Shown: piece by piece, positions 10,156-22,630 of the stretch
How the letters are laid out: the number at the start of each line of letters is the position of its first letter
How positions within the stretch are numbered: position 1 is the first letter of the stretch
From: Mesotaenium endlicherianum
Lineage: Eukaryota
Assembly (NCBI GenBank): GCA_009602735.1
Contig: WELA01001340.1
Location: 277,556 to 323,990 of the forward strand
Length of the DNA stretch: 46,435 nucleotides
Direction: 5' to 3'
The notes under the pieces: generated by a model
Told to the model about the DNA's origin: nothing
The model's database searches: none
Seen by the model: the letters and a program-made list of their open reading frames with translations, nothing else
Program-made: the position numbers and the translations under genes

Positions 10156-13100
10156 TTACTCGGGGTAGACCATCTTCTTGGAGACGCCGCCGTCCACGAC
10201 AAACTCCTGGCCTGTGATGAACCCCGCTCGGCGCTCGTCGCACAGAAACAGGCACATCTCCGCCACGTCAGCGGGCACACCCACGCGGCCTACGGGATGC
10301 CAGCTGTGGTCCTCCGGCTGCAGGTAAGCGGAGCCCGACGACGACGTATTGATCCAGCCCGGCAGCACCGCGTTCACACGCGAGTGCCCTGCCAGCGTGA
10401 TTGCCTGCATGCAGCCAGGTGGCGAGCAGCCGATCCGTGCAAAGTCAGCACCACAGGCTGCCACACCTGGTACGACGTGTGTGCCGTGGGGACCACCCAA
10501 CGCCAAGGACGATCAGCAAAACACTATGTTCCAGCCGGGTGGCAGCACTCCTGCCAGGTGGCAGCTCTCCTGCCAGGTGGCAGCTCTTCAGCCAGGTAGG
10601 CGTGAGCAGAGTCCTTTTCCCCCAGGCAACCCAGCAGACCCCCTTACTACAACATCTCAGCCAGCCACATCCCACCTTCATGACTCAGCTTAGTCCGCGC
10701 CCGGGTGCCACTGATGAACGCTGCAGGATACATGCTAGCATGCCTGTATCAAACACATCTGCAGATGCATGAACGGGGGAAGGTGGCGGCAGGTGCATGA
10801 ACGGGGGGGAAGATGGCAGCAGGTGCATGAACCTGGGCGTGCGCGAGGCCGAGGAGGCCGGCCTTAGCGGAGGCGTAGCCCTCAGAGGTGGGTTCGCTCT
10901 GGTGGGCCCGCGTGCTGCTGATGTGGACGATGCTGCTGTCGCCACGTGGCATGTAGGGCCGGGCGCAGTGCGACACGTTGAAGGCCCCCGTCAGGTTGAC
11001 GGCCATGCAGTCCCGGAAGAACGCCATGGGGTCCACCACATCGGTCATGTACGGGTTGGTCTTGCCTGCGGCCCCCCGCCCGTGCGCGCGCGCACACACA
11101 CACCAGAGGAGAGAGGCGGCGCCGCGTGAGGAGCTTGCAAACCCATCCCATTGCTTGGAGACAGACAGGGCGGGGAGCGATTGACGAGTGTCTACGGGGG
11201 CCAATAGAAGAGACAGGCAGTGACTTGAGCCCCCTGGAGCCCGTGCACGCTTGTAGCTCTGTCGCGTACTAGAAGAGAAATTTGAGCTCAGGGAACTTGA
11301 ACATGGAACCTCGGCAGAGATCTGCACTCCCTGTACGCCATCACACACATCGTGTCGGTCGGGACTTGGGGCTGCAGCACCCCGCCTTTTGACGACGAGC
11401 ATGTCCCTCCAAAATACAGACACGGGCGTGCAACAAGTAAGTAGAAGAAGAGACGCAATGTTACTAACTCCACACATGGCCCTTCACCTCTGCTCTCTCT
11501 CTCCCCTCGGCCCGGCCCCCCTGCCGGTCCCAAGCTTGCGACAGCTGGCAGGCTACGCCTCTCCAAGCTCTTTGCCAATCTGGCGGCTGCTATCGTCGGG
11601 ACAGGTGGACAGAGAGGGCAGCAGAGGCAACAGATGGGGGCAGATAGAAAGAAATTTGCAGACAACGCACTTAATTATCGCTACATGGCACGTTCCATTC
11701 TATTTAACTCCCCTTCAAACCCTCCCAACCCCACTGTCCCCTCATCCTCCCCGACACCTGACCCCACCCCACACCTGACCCCACCCCACAGCTGTCAACG
11801 CACGCTCACTTGCCAATCCCCAAGGAGCAGGAGCAGGAGCAGAAGGAGGAGGAGGAGCAGCAAGAGGAGAAGGGGGACAAGAAACCCTAGGCTCAAGATT
11901 CTGCAAATCACAGCAAGGGGAGGTGGGATCGGAGGGAGGGACGGAGGGAGGGAAAGAGGGAGGGAGGGAGGGAGAGCGCACTCGCGCACTCGCGCACTCT
12001 GTGCGGGCACACGCGCGCGCGCGCACGCGTCGCGAGCGAGCAAGCAATCGAGGAGGCAGAGTCACCCGGACGGCAGAGAGAGGGAGGCCCCACCTGCATT
12101 GTTGATGACGGCATGGATCTTGGGCCCGAAGTGGTCGAGGCAGTCCACGATCAAGCCCTGCACCTCCTTGGGGTTGCTGATGTCGGCGCGCACAAAGTGG
12201 AAGGAGCGAGTGCGCAGGCTGCTGGGCACGCCGCCCTCGGCCCCGCCCTCGGCGCCCTCTGCGACGAGCGAGGCCGGGCAGCTGTCGTAGAACCCGTCAG
12301 GGTCCTCCTCCAGCGGGCGGATGTCAGAGCCCAGCACGTTGTAGCCCTGCGTGGTGAGAAAGCGTACAGATATGGGTCAATGCATGTGACACACACACAC
12401 ACACACACATACACATACACACATATATACATGAATCATATAAATACATATCTATATATATGTATGTATATAAATGTGAAAACCAATGCATTTACATGTT
12501 TGCACATGGATACGCTATATTTTTACATGGATGTGCGTAGGAAAAGTAAAAAGAAGCATGTTCTTGTCACACACATGCGCAAGCATCGGTCCGATTCTCT
12601 CGACGCTTCTTTCGACCTTACGCTCCCGCGTCATCACTTGCCCAGAGCACAAGCAGAAGGGAAGTACAATCAGAGAAAGGCTCTCTGAGATGAAGGCGTG
12701 TTGAAAAACCATAAAAACAGAGCACACATAAAAATGCGTACTACCCTACCCTTGCGTAGCCCGACCTCCTCCTTAACAGTTGAGGCAGACTCCCCTAAAG
12801 GCTCGTGCAGCACCCACCCAATGATTTGCACCTCTTTTAAAAATACACGAACTTTTCACTCGCAAATGGTTTCTCCCTCCCTCCCTCCCTCTTTCCCTCC
12901 CTCCGCCCTCTTCCTGTCCTCCTCGCTCCCTTTCCCAATCTCTGTCCCCCTTCCTCTGTCCCACCCTCCTGTCCTCCATTTCCCTTTGCCTGCCCGTTCC
13001 CACCTACCCCGTTACCTCCCCTTGGCCAAGCTTGCCCTCCCTCCCTCCCCCNNNNNNNNNNNNNNNNNNNNNNNNNNNNNNNNNNNNNNNNNNNNNNNNN

Positions 13101-14472
13101 NNNNNNNNNNNNNNNNNNNNNNNNNNNNNNNNNNNNNNNNNNNNNNNNNNNNNNNNNNNNNNNNNNNNNNNNNNNNNNNNNNNNNNNNNNNNNNNNNNNN
13201 NNNNNNNNNNNNNNNNNNNNNNNNNNNNNNNNNNNNNNNNNNNNNNNNNNNNNNNNNNNNNNNNNNNNNNNNNNNNNNNNNNNNNNNNNNNNNNNNNNNN
13301 NNNNNNNNNNNNNNNNNNNNNNNNNNNNNNNNNNNNNNNNNTCCCCCCTCCCCACTTCCACCCCACTCTCCTTTTTCCTCTCTCTCCAACACGCAGAGAA
13401 GCTCTTCCTTCGCCTCTTCCCTTCTGCCAGAGGCGATCGCCCCCCCAAAAGTGGAGGCACGTCTCAGCAGAGCAAAAAAGAGGACACGAGGTGGGCTGGC
13501 CGGGGCTGGCCCCTACCGCCGTTGCCTGCCCCCACATGCATGCATCTCTCCACAAGCACTCAGCCATGCAGTCAGAGTCAACCCGAGTTACTCTGCAGTC
13601 GGTAGAGCACGAGTAGGCAGGCCACGGCGCCCCTCTTTTGACATCTGTCCCGCGCGTCTCTCCCGCTGCTTTTCTCGTCCCTGTCAACGACAAGGCTGCG
13701 CGCGGAGGGGAAGGGGGGGGGGGAGGGGAGATGACAAGCAAGCAGGAGCAAGCAGAGCAGAGCCACCCTCCTTCCCATCGGTCCCGCCCTTCCTCATCTT
13801 TGCTCGCAGTCCCTTAGTTTGCATCCTCTCATGCCACGAGTTCCCTTCTGTCCAGTTCTCCCTGCTGGTACCGTGCAGTCCCTTTGCTTCGTCCGCTCTG
13901 TCCCTCCCTGCGTGGGCTAGCCCCCCAACCCCAGATATTTTCCTGCCGAACAAAAGGCCCCGCCTGCGCACCCGCCCGCGCCCGCGCGCCCGCCCGCCCA
14001 CGCGCGCACCCACCTCTTCAAGGAAGGCGTGGACGAGGCACCGGCCGATCCCGGCCCTCCGCGCGACGCCCGTGATCACGGCCACGCGCTTCGCCTCGCC
14101 CGCCGCCACCTCCTCCACGCCCGCGTGCACCATCCTCACCAGCCCCGCCGGCTGCTTCTCCTCCTCCAGCTCGCCCTCGCGCTGCATGCTCCCCCCTTGA
14201 TCCTCATCCTGATCGTCGGCGTCCCGCATCTCCTGCTCCCTCTGCACCTCCTCCTCCTCCGCCCTCCGCCTGTGGCCCCCTCTGCCCTCGCGCGCGTGCT
14301 CCGGGGCCTCGCCCTCGATCTTGTCTCGCTCGCTCCGCCTGTCCCCGTGGGCCGGCTCCTCCTTTGGCCCCTCCTGGTGGACCTCCCCGATGATGTTGCC
14401 AGCTAAGCAGCGCGTGTCCTCGACGAGAGATGGCACCCCCACCTCCACCGTGTACTCGCGCATCGTGCTCAT
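10156..14472 (-). CDS. Classical short-chain dehydrogenase/reductase, bacterial A3DFK9-like subfamily, with ~125-aa acidic N-terminal extension (~397 aa). Exons 14472-14014, 12346-12094, 11065-10833, 10404-10156
   Basis: Spliced in frame (phases 0, 1, 0). Motifs: VAVITGVARRAGIG (Rossmann), RADIS, INNAG, VNLTG, HISSTRAHQSEP, YASAK (catalytic YxxxK), RVNAVLPGWI, HPVGRVG.P.DVA, FITGQEFVVDGG...KMVY. The start is uncertain because an acceptor at 14536 may add upstream exons. Confidence 0.9.
10534..10600. repeat. Intronic 19-bp tandem repeat (GCCAGGTGGCAGCTCTCCT, ~3.5 copies)
   Basis: Copies start at 10534, 10553, 10572 and 10591. Confidence 0.9.
10761..10832 (-). repeat. 28-30 bp tandem repeat that reiterates the SDR intron-3 donor sequence
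   Basis: On the minus strand, GTTCATGCA(C/T)CTGC occurs three times starting at the splice donor (10832). Confidence 0.85.
13052..13341. other. Assembly gap inside SDR intron 1
   Basis: Run of N flanked by CT/C-rich sequence. Confidence 0.99.
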
Positions 14473-15860
14473 CCCTAACTTGATCGAAATCTGCGGCTGC
14501 TGCTGCTGCTGCTGCTGCCTCCCGGAAATTTCACCCTGAAATGCTTGGCTCGGCGCTGGCGTGAAGCGTGGCAAGCTCTGAGAGGCTAATATATCCAGCG
14601 GGAAATTGGCCTCTCTTATATGTATGGTATGTTGCTCGAGCTGTTCCGACTTGAGAGGAATGAAAGAGCCCGACTAGGCACTTGCGTGGGTAGGCTGAAG
14701 AGGCTGAACGTGCTGAAAGTACCAAAACGACTGATAAGGCTCATGTCGGGCTGAAAGCATTGACAGAGGCACACAGGGCCCAAGAAAAAGGAGTAGCTAT
14801 AGCTGGAGAAGTCATAAGCTGGTCAAATGCGGACTTAAAATGGTGAAAGCTTGACCCAAATCCTGGATCTGCCTGCAAGCAGGCTGTCATATTGTTCCCC
14901 TTCATTCTACGTAGCTGGCAGTGTTAAGGCACTGCAAAGCAGCAAGCAACTGGCTGGGGAATTAGCTGAAGTATACTTTTCTATTTATCGAAGAGGTTTC
15001 TTATGCAGGTTACTGCTGCCGATAAATGGGGAGTTATTAACTAGCATGAAATCTGCAAGAAGAAGTGAGGAGGAATAGGCAAAGGAGGCAAAGAAACATG
15101 CACGCCTTTGCGCCAGCACAAAATAGTCAGACAGCTCAAAAACTAGCTTAATTGAGGGATCCTCACCAGATCAAACCAGAAATAACTTGAGACTTGAATA
15201 AATGTACAATTCGCTTCAATCCATTAAACTGGAGCGCTTGCTGCTCGACAGTAAGAGGATTGCATGTATTGGTTTATCCAGTTCCGTTTCAGACGCAGCA
15301 GCCCTGACTTTCCTTTACTTTTATTTTCCCAAATACTGGGAAAACATATCTTCTCAAATCGATGTGCGACCGAGTGATAAGTTGGTCTCTCGCCTCTCAT
15401 AATTTGGTGGAGCAACTCTTGGTGCACCTATCATCGACTGGGAAGCTTTTCATCAATGGAAGACTCGTTAATTTGAGAAGCACGTAAAATTGCACTGAAG
15501 CTTGCGAGGATTCTTCAGCTACTTCACAACATGGGCACTTCGTACACTAGGACCAACTAGAGGGACTGCATGCGACTCCACGAAGCTCCAGGACTAGGAG
15601 TGACAGACTGTAACAGTGTACAACAGCGTACACAAGTGTCACGTAAGAGTGTTATAACTTATAATGCCACTTGGAGGTCCTAAGGGACAGGATGAGGCAC
15701 ATCTTCTCCTGACAAACTACAGCAAAGCACTACAAATATGGGATCTCAGTATGTGAGACATGTCAATGGGTGTCATTTAGTAGAGAAAAAGCAAGCCCGA
15801 TGGCCGGTCACTTTTGCCATTTGTCGATGCGTGCGAGATTGTATATCAGCTACTTTTCTT

Positions 15861-16834
15861 GGGATAATTACAGTTTTACCATCGATTGACGCCGAAAGAC
15901 CAGAATCACCATCGATTTGTGCAAAGTGGGGACAGCGGTATCCAGATTCTGCCAATTTGGACAAAAATGCCACTTTCTTGACCTGAACCCCTCCGGATAC
16001 ATAGCAATGAGAACGAAGACCATTCTATCAGTACGTTCTGTCAGTAAACTCGTGTAAGCAAGACGACACGAATGAACGAGGGTGTGAAGTCGTTGCTCTC
16101 AAAGTAGGTCTTTTGTTCCGGATCTTGCTTTTCAGAAGAAATTTTGGAATAGATACTATTTTGAAACAAATTGACCGAAAGTTTAAGGAGTAGAGGGGAG
16201 GGCCGAAAAACCTTTGGGCCTGTGAACTTTGAAGGTAACGCTCCGTGGGCTGCATGATAACTCTTTTGAAAAAAAGGCGCAGGATTGTGATTTTTCTCAA
16301 TTTCGGCAAACAATCAAAATGTTGGCTAAATTTAGCCCTAGGAGCTGCGCAAATAAGCAATAATACGCGGATCTTTGCGGCACGCTTGCAAGTTTGACGA
16401 AAACAATCAATAGTAAGCACTTTCTTGCGACTGTTAGCACCGGCCCTGCATGTCACGCTCTGTTTCACGGTAAACTTCTGCAACGACTCGTGAAGCTTGC
16501 AAAAATTTGGAGGTTCGAAAGAAGTAACGAAAGGTGCTCAAATGTGGTGAGTGAAATTGGGCACTACTTTTGCGTTCAAAAAAGGTTGTAAGATCAAATT
16601 CGTGTGAAGACTACTCGCACGACTTACGGTGAACAACTGAAAGTGCTCGACAGCACTCGCAGTACCCTAGTAATGTCAAAGTATGAAGTGAAAAAGCAGC
16701 AAAAGAGGTTCGGGACGAAAAAAAGGGCATTTCTGTCCAAATTGGCAGAATCTGTATAACTCTGTCCACTTTGTCCAAATTGATGGTGATTCTGGTCTTT
16801 CGGCGTCATTCGATGGTAAAGTTTTAATTATCCC
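15861..16834. mobile_element. Non-autonomous Mutator-like element (MULE/Mu-MITE), 974 bp
   Basis: 15861-~15971 (GGGATAATTACAGTTTTACCATCGATTGACGCCGAAAGACCAGAATCACCATC...) is the near reverse complement of ~16726-16834. The TIR starts GGGATAATT, like the Mu GAGATAATT. Flanks tacttttctt / ttctttctt resemble a decayed 9-10 bp TSD. No transposase ORF inside. Confidence 0.8.
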
Positions 16835-19119
16835 TTCTTTCTTTGCCCCCATTGCCCCCAACGTGTTTTCAACGAGGGAAACTTTCCATTCCTTTGTCTG
16901 AGAATCTAAGAACAAGCGAAATTCCGTTTGGCTTGTGACGGGCATCGGAAGTATCTTCAGAATGAGAAAGAATTCTCATACAGACCACATTCCGTTCCTT
17001 TAATTAATCAACATTAGCTAAATATATTCAAGCTTCGCTTCAGGTTGCTAATCGGGATCAAAGTGTTATATCATGTCAGACATTTGATAGCAAGCGGACA
17101 AGCATCATCGTTACATATGCTGATGGATGCTTTTATAGCATGCCGAACAGATGCCGAAGCATCTCGGACAGGTCTTGAGTATACATCATCGCGATTAGGT
17201 TTCGTCGTGAGCCCCGGCCTTATCTGTTGCATCTGCAGGATTGGCAGCGAAATAGGCGAGGGAAACACATCGCGAGTGCCTGTTTTTAAGAGGGAGGGTG
17301 GAGTAACGAGAGATTGTTGATCGAGGTAGCAGATGCCCGCCCATTCCAAAGGAGACCGTCATGGCTGCCTTCACATTGATACCCTCTGGTCGGGCCGCTG
17401 GTTTGGCCAGAGATTGTCGCACAGATGCTCCATTTGCCGTTTCTCCCTCTAATGCAAAACTTTCGGTTATTGCCTCGAGGAAATATACGCTGGCTTTCAA
17501 ATGCAACGGAGCGCGAATGTGTTCAGGCTTCATTGTGAAAGCTTTAACGCCTGACACGCCCATACTCTTGTTGGGGTTGCCCATCGCTGGTAAGCCCTCC
17601 TCTCAGTGCATGCGTTGAGTATCATTGAACCAGGTTGACTTCGGCCTGGCTCATACCTAAGCAGCAGTGTCGCTTGTGATGCTTCATGGCAATTATAGTC
17701 AGGTCTCTGCAGTTGTGATGGGTACACATCTATGTTATATCTATTATTTGTAAACAGCAGTGCGTGCTTCGAACATCCACTATGAAGCTAAAAGCAGTAC
17801 TAGCAGGAGAGCTATCAAGGAGCTGGCATTGTCTGGTGGGGCTTTTGTGTGGCCCGCCTGTTTAATTTACGACTGGTGAGCATCTGATGTTTCTGTTTAT
17901 TTGTTGCTCGCAGCCCGAGAGAAGCTGGTGTTGGGGACAAAGACAAAGACCCGCAGAGAGGTTCGCATGAAGGCCTTCAAGCTTGCAGACTCATAGGTAG
18001 AGAGCCTTAAGTGCAGGTCATGCCCACCAAGGCCCTTGCAGCATACTTATTGCTGTTTGCAATCCCGTTCTTTTTGTTTTCTGGCCCGGACTCTTGTCAA
18101 CGGACAATGGCAACGCCCAATGCTTGTGTTTGTTTTTACATTCACTTCTTTCCTTCTCGCCCCTCCTTCGACTCTCTCCTTCTCCATACCCTCTAGTGAG
18201 TCCCTGGGGAGTGTCCAGACCCATATTCTCTTCAGCCAACGTGCAGGTGTGACAAAATAAAAGCGAGCGAAAGTTTTCCGCTGCCCCTTGACCATGCTGC
18301 TGGCTGTGATGCCTCCCGTGCAAATGCATTTTGAGACCCATCTCTCTGCCTCCATGCACCCACTCTATATCCTTCAAGGTGCAGGCTAGAAATGATCCAT
18401 AGTAACCCAGACTCTTGTTAATGGAAAATGGCGAAACGGGCATGGGATAGTCCTCCCCGCACGACGGGCGTATGCTATACGTTTATTAATGACTTAGCAA
18501 GCTGGACTTAGCAAGCTGGGGAATGTGATCTTGTGGGTGTATGCTAATGGGATGAGTAGCGACGCCCCTTTCTGTCAAAGAGGGGGTGTTCAGGGTTCAG
18601 GGTTTGACCGTAAGCATTAGGGTCTCAGGTACAGCATTTGAACTGTAGGCTTTCGGTTGAGGAGGCTAAGGCAGCCTCTCCCCTCCCCCCCCTTGCGCCA
18701 TCTCTTGTGCCATCTCTTGCCTATTCGGCTTCATGGTCATATTTCCTCTAGGTCACGCAGTCTCACATGTCTTGGAAGTCATGATTTTGGGGTATTCGTT
18801 ACTTTTGACTGTAGATTCCAGGGCGTTAATGATTTCGAGGTTTTGACATATAAAAGAGTTGTGGAGTTTCAGGGGTTCAGGAATGTAGGGTTTTAGGGAC
18901 TTGGGGCTTTAGGCGGGCTTGCAGTTTGGCTGGATAGTGGTCAGTGGCGGTTGTGCTCTGCGTGCGCTAGCCAGTCACCTGTGCCTTTGTTTCTCTTGTT
19001 GCCACCTGTCGCTCTCCCGTGCGTCGGCACACCTGCAGCTGCAGACGTGCAGAAGGCCTAGATGCTGTGCTGGCGCTGTTGAGAGCTCGCCGCCCGTCTT
19101 CCTGCGAGATGCGGAATCA

Positions 19120-22100
19120 ATGGGCGAGATTTACGACGCGCTGGCGGCTCGTCTCCTCGAGGCAGCGGAGAAGGCCTCTCCTTCCAAGAAGTGAGCGACT
19201 CCCCGCTAAATCCCAAACCCTGACAAAAAGTGCCGTATCTAACCCCCAGAACCCTAGGACAGAAATAGTCACAGAGCCTGACCTCCTTGCCTTCCCGCTG
19301 GCTTTCTGGTTCTCTTCGGCTCCTGGTGGGAATTTAGGGTTAGATTTCGGGTTAGCGACGCCTTCGGCCCTGCTGGATGTAAACCCGAGGCCATTACCAC
19401 GCTGGAGCCAAGCGGCTGTGGCCACCTGTCCCATGTTGCCGCTTGTTGCATGGAACGGGCTGGAGGACAGAGAAGGGGCGGGGGGGAAAGAGAGGGGGTG
19501 GAATCAACTCAATGCATGGTCATCCTGCATGCTCAGCAGAGGAAGGAGGTGATGAGGATCGCGAACGGGCGGGCGGGCGGGCGGGCGAGCTTGCGTGTGT
19601 GTGTGCGTGGAGGAGTAGGTATATGGTGGCGTTGGCGGGACCGCCGGGAGCAGGCAAGTCGACGGTGGCTGCCCAAGTCGTCTCCCGCCTCAACCACGCC
19701 TGGTCGAGCAAGCACACGCCAGGTGGCGGCGGCACAGACGAGCCTGCGGAGGGCCCCGCCGTGGCTGACGTGGCGGTGGCGGTGCCTATGGATGGCTTCC
19801 ACCTGTACCGGTGGCAGCTGGACCTCGCGTCGGTGCGCACCCTCCTCTCCTCTCGCTCCCCGCTCTGCTAGGAGCATTGCTGGCCCATTCTCAGCTTATT
19901 GTCAGCAAATATCATCTTTGGTTTAGCTAAGACGAAACCGAAAAGGTTCTGAGGTCCTTGTGGGCACCTGGGAGCCGAAGCATCGAAAGGGTTTTCGCTG
20001 AAATGTGCCTGGTCAGAATGTGTTTGGTCAATTGCTTGTGGGACTTGTCCCTGTTGTATACTGTATGAGCACGCACGCCAAGGAGTTCGACTTCAGTTGC
20101 TGGCAAAGTCTCTCTGGAGCGTGGCTGTCTAAATTTTCCTGAGAGAGCGTCGTTGTACAAAGGGTGTGGCGAGGACAAGAACAAGAACGCAGATGAGAAC
20201 ATGGACCAGGTGCGGTGCACCAAAACAGGTACACCACCAGGTGCACTGAACGTGGTCTATTCTGCATCGGTTGGTCTCTGCAAGAGGACCTCCTGACCCC
20301 ACTCCTATCTCCCCCCTGCCTGCATTCCCCATGCTGGCAGGCCCCTATTGGCCAGCCTATTCACACCTGGCGCAACGACCAGCACGGGCTGGCTGGCCGG
20401 CTGGTCGCGTGTGTCAGGTGCTGACACCTGTGCACCTTTTCACCTCACTCGCTGACTGGGCAAATTTGGGCGTAACATGAGTCTATCGTGCAGGACCCGA
20501 AGGAGGCCCACGCCCGCAGAGGAGGTGTGAACACCACCCTCCTGAACCATCATCCTGTCTCTCCCCCTGCCTCCCTCTCCCCTCTCTCACCCCTTCCTCT
20601 CCACGACCCGCTTGCAGGCTTTCACTTCATCTTTTCTGAAACCTGTGGGTTTTAGGAGCAGAGCTAGAGCGGAGGACCAGAGGTCTGACTTAAGCGCATG
20701 GCTCAGGGTTTGGTACCACTGGGTAGGGTTAGAAAGCAAAGCGCGGGGTGGGAGTACGGCCTAGGGTTTGGGACGCGGAGTTGGAGCCTAGGGGCAGTTA
20801 GGGTTGGAGCTCCAGAGCTCTCCGGGCTCCTCGTGAGAACTGCAAGTCACGGCCGACCTGCATGAGGACAAGCAGCAGCGAATGACACCTGGCTATGCGC
20901 AACAGGTTGCACTTGCTATGCACGACCTGCTCGTGAACCTCTCGCTGACCCGCAGCAGTTTGAGTCTCAGGTTTATCCAGGAAACAAGTTGCAGAAAGCC
21001 CCCCCCCCCCCGGGCCCTCCCTCCCCACCTCTAACCCACCCCTCCCAACGCGCGCCCCCTGCCCACTGGATCTCTCCCGCTGCCAGCTGGGCAACAATAG
21101 GAAGCTGCGTCCCAATTAGCTCTAGCAGTCATTGACATGTGGCGCGCCCATGGACCAAGGGTACGCAGTTCTTGGCACAAATTGATTGGTGGAGTGATTG
21201 CATGGTGTGCCGCCTGTTGGTCGCCATGTGGCATCTTGTGGTGGAAGCAGCACCCTGGACATTTGACCCGGCAGCGCTCGTGCGAAACCTGGCCCAAATA
21301 CGCTCAGAGGTCGGCCTCAACCCCCTCCCCCCCGCTCCCTCCCGCCCTCCGCCCTTCCCTCTTCTTCTCTCTCCTCCCCCCCTTGGCTTGTGTGGTCCTC
21401 GTTTCTGAGCTTGCCATCTGTCCCGCAGCCCCCCCTCCCTGCAGCGCATGCCTTGCTGAGGTGGCGCAACTCGCTCGGTTGCTCCCTTGCTCCCTTACCT
21501 TGAACGATGACTCTCCCCCTCAAAGTGCCTGTTCCGACAATGTATGCCCTCGCTAATACTCGCCAGTCTCCTCTCAAGGGGCCACAACGAGCTTGTGCCT
21601 GCGCACTCAAGGGCCCACGAGAGAGTTGCAAGGGCTTGTGAGGCGGCGTTTTCACCTTCCTCCGTCTCGCCCCTGATGAATTGAGCTCTCCTCTTGCCAC
21701 CTCTTGCAGCTGGCCAGTCAGTTTTCGCCAGCAACAGGAGGGGGGGGGTCATGTCTGTGGAGAAGGTGCTCCTGACTAAATGCAGCAACTTTGTCAGCAT
21801 ACAAATGCATATATAGATACACATGTATACATACACACATATATGCGCGTGTATATATACATGTGTACGTATATACAAATGTATATGTACACAACACACA
21901 CATATATATATGTGTGTGTCTGTGTGTGTCAAAAATGTTGCAGATCTACTCGTTCGTACTTGCCGTGGGCTCATAACCCAAACGGAGGTGCATGTGGTGG
22001 CTGTTGACACAGCGGCATGATGACGTGGCTGATGTGTGGCGGCTGGTGACGTGGCCGCTCCTGCAGGGGTGGGGACGCTTGCCGTCGTTCAACCACGGAG

Positions 22101-22575
22101 TCGGCGACCCAGTGGAGGATGACATTGACATTTCTAAAGAGTGAGTCTGAGAGTGTTTGCTCTGGGATGTGGAGTGTGCAGTCTCTCTGGGCTGGGTCGA
22201 TTTGTTGCTCCATTCTGCTTTTCTTTTGCTATTGCTTGGCACACGTATTTGCACATGGAGGCATAGAAGAGTGGGGTGCACATGTGATGTTTGTACATGT
22301 GCAGTGTTCATCATCCCCTCTCTCTCTCTCTCTCCAGTGTTCATCATCCCCTCTCTCCCCCCCCCCNNNNNNNNNNNNNNNNNNNNNNNNNNNNNNNNNN
22401 NNNNNNNNNNNNNNNNNNNNNNNNNNNNNNNNNNNNNNNNNNNNNNNNNNNNNNNNNNNNNNNNNNNNNNNNNNNNNNNNNNNNNNNNNNNNNNNNNNNN
22501 NNNNNNNNNNNNNNNNNNNNNNNNNNNNNNNNNNNNNNNNNNNNNNNNNNNNNNNNNNNNNNNNNNNNNNNNNNN

Positions 22576-22630
<55 letters not shown>

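Noticed and set aside
12698..14200. 500-aa plus-strand ORF and other ORFs spanning N runs
   Set aside because: Artefacts of reading through gaps and low-complexity intron sequence antisense to the SDR.
18260..18545. Possible Pol III snRNA (U3 or telomerase RNA): USE-like cacccacaag, TATA-like ttaataaa and GGATCATTTCTA on the minus strand
   Set aside because: USE-TATA spacing is wrong, an early TTTT would terminate transcription, and there is no telomere template or other U3 box.
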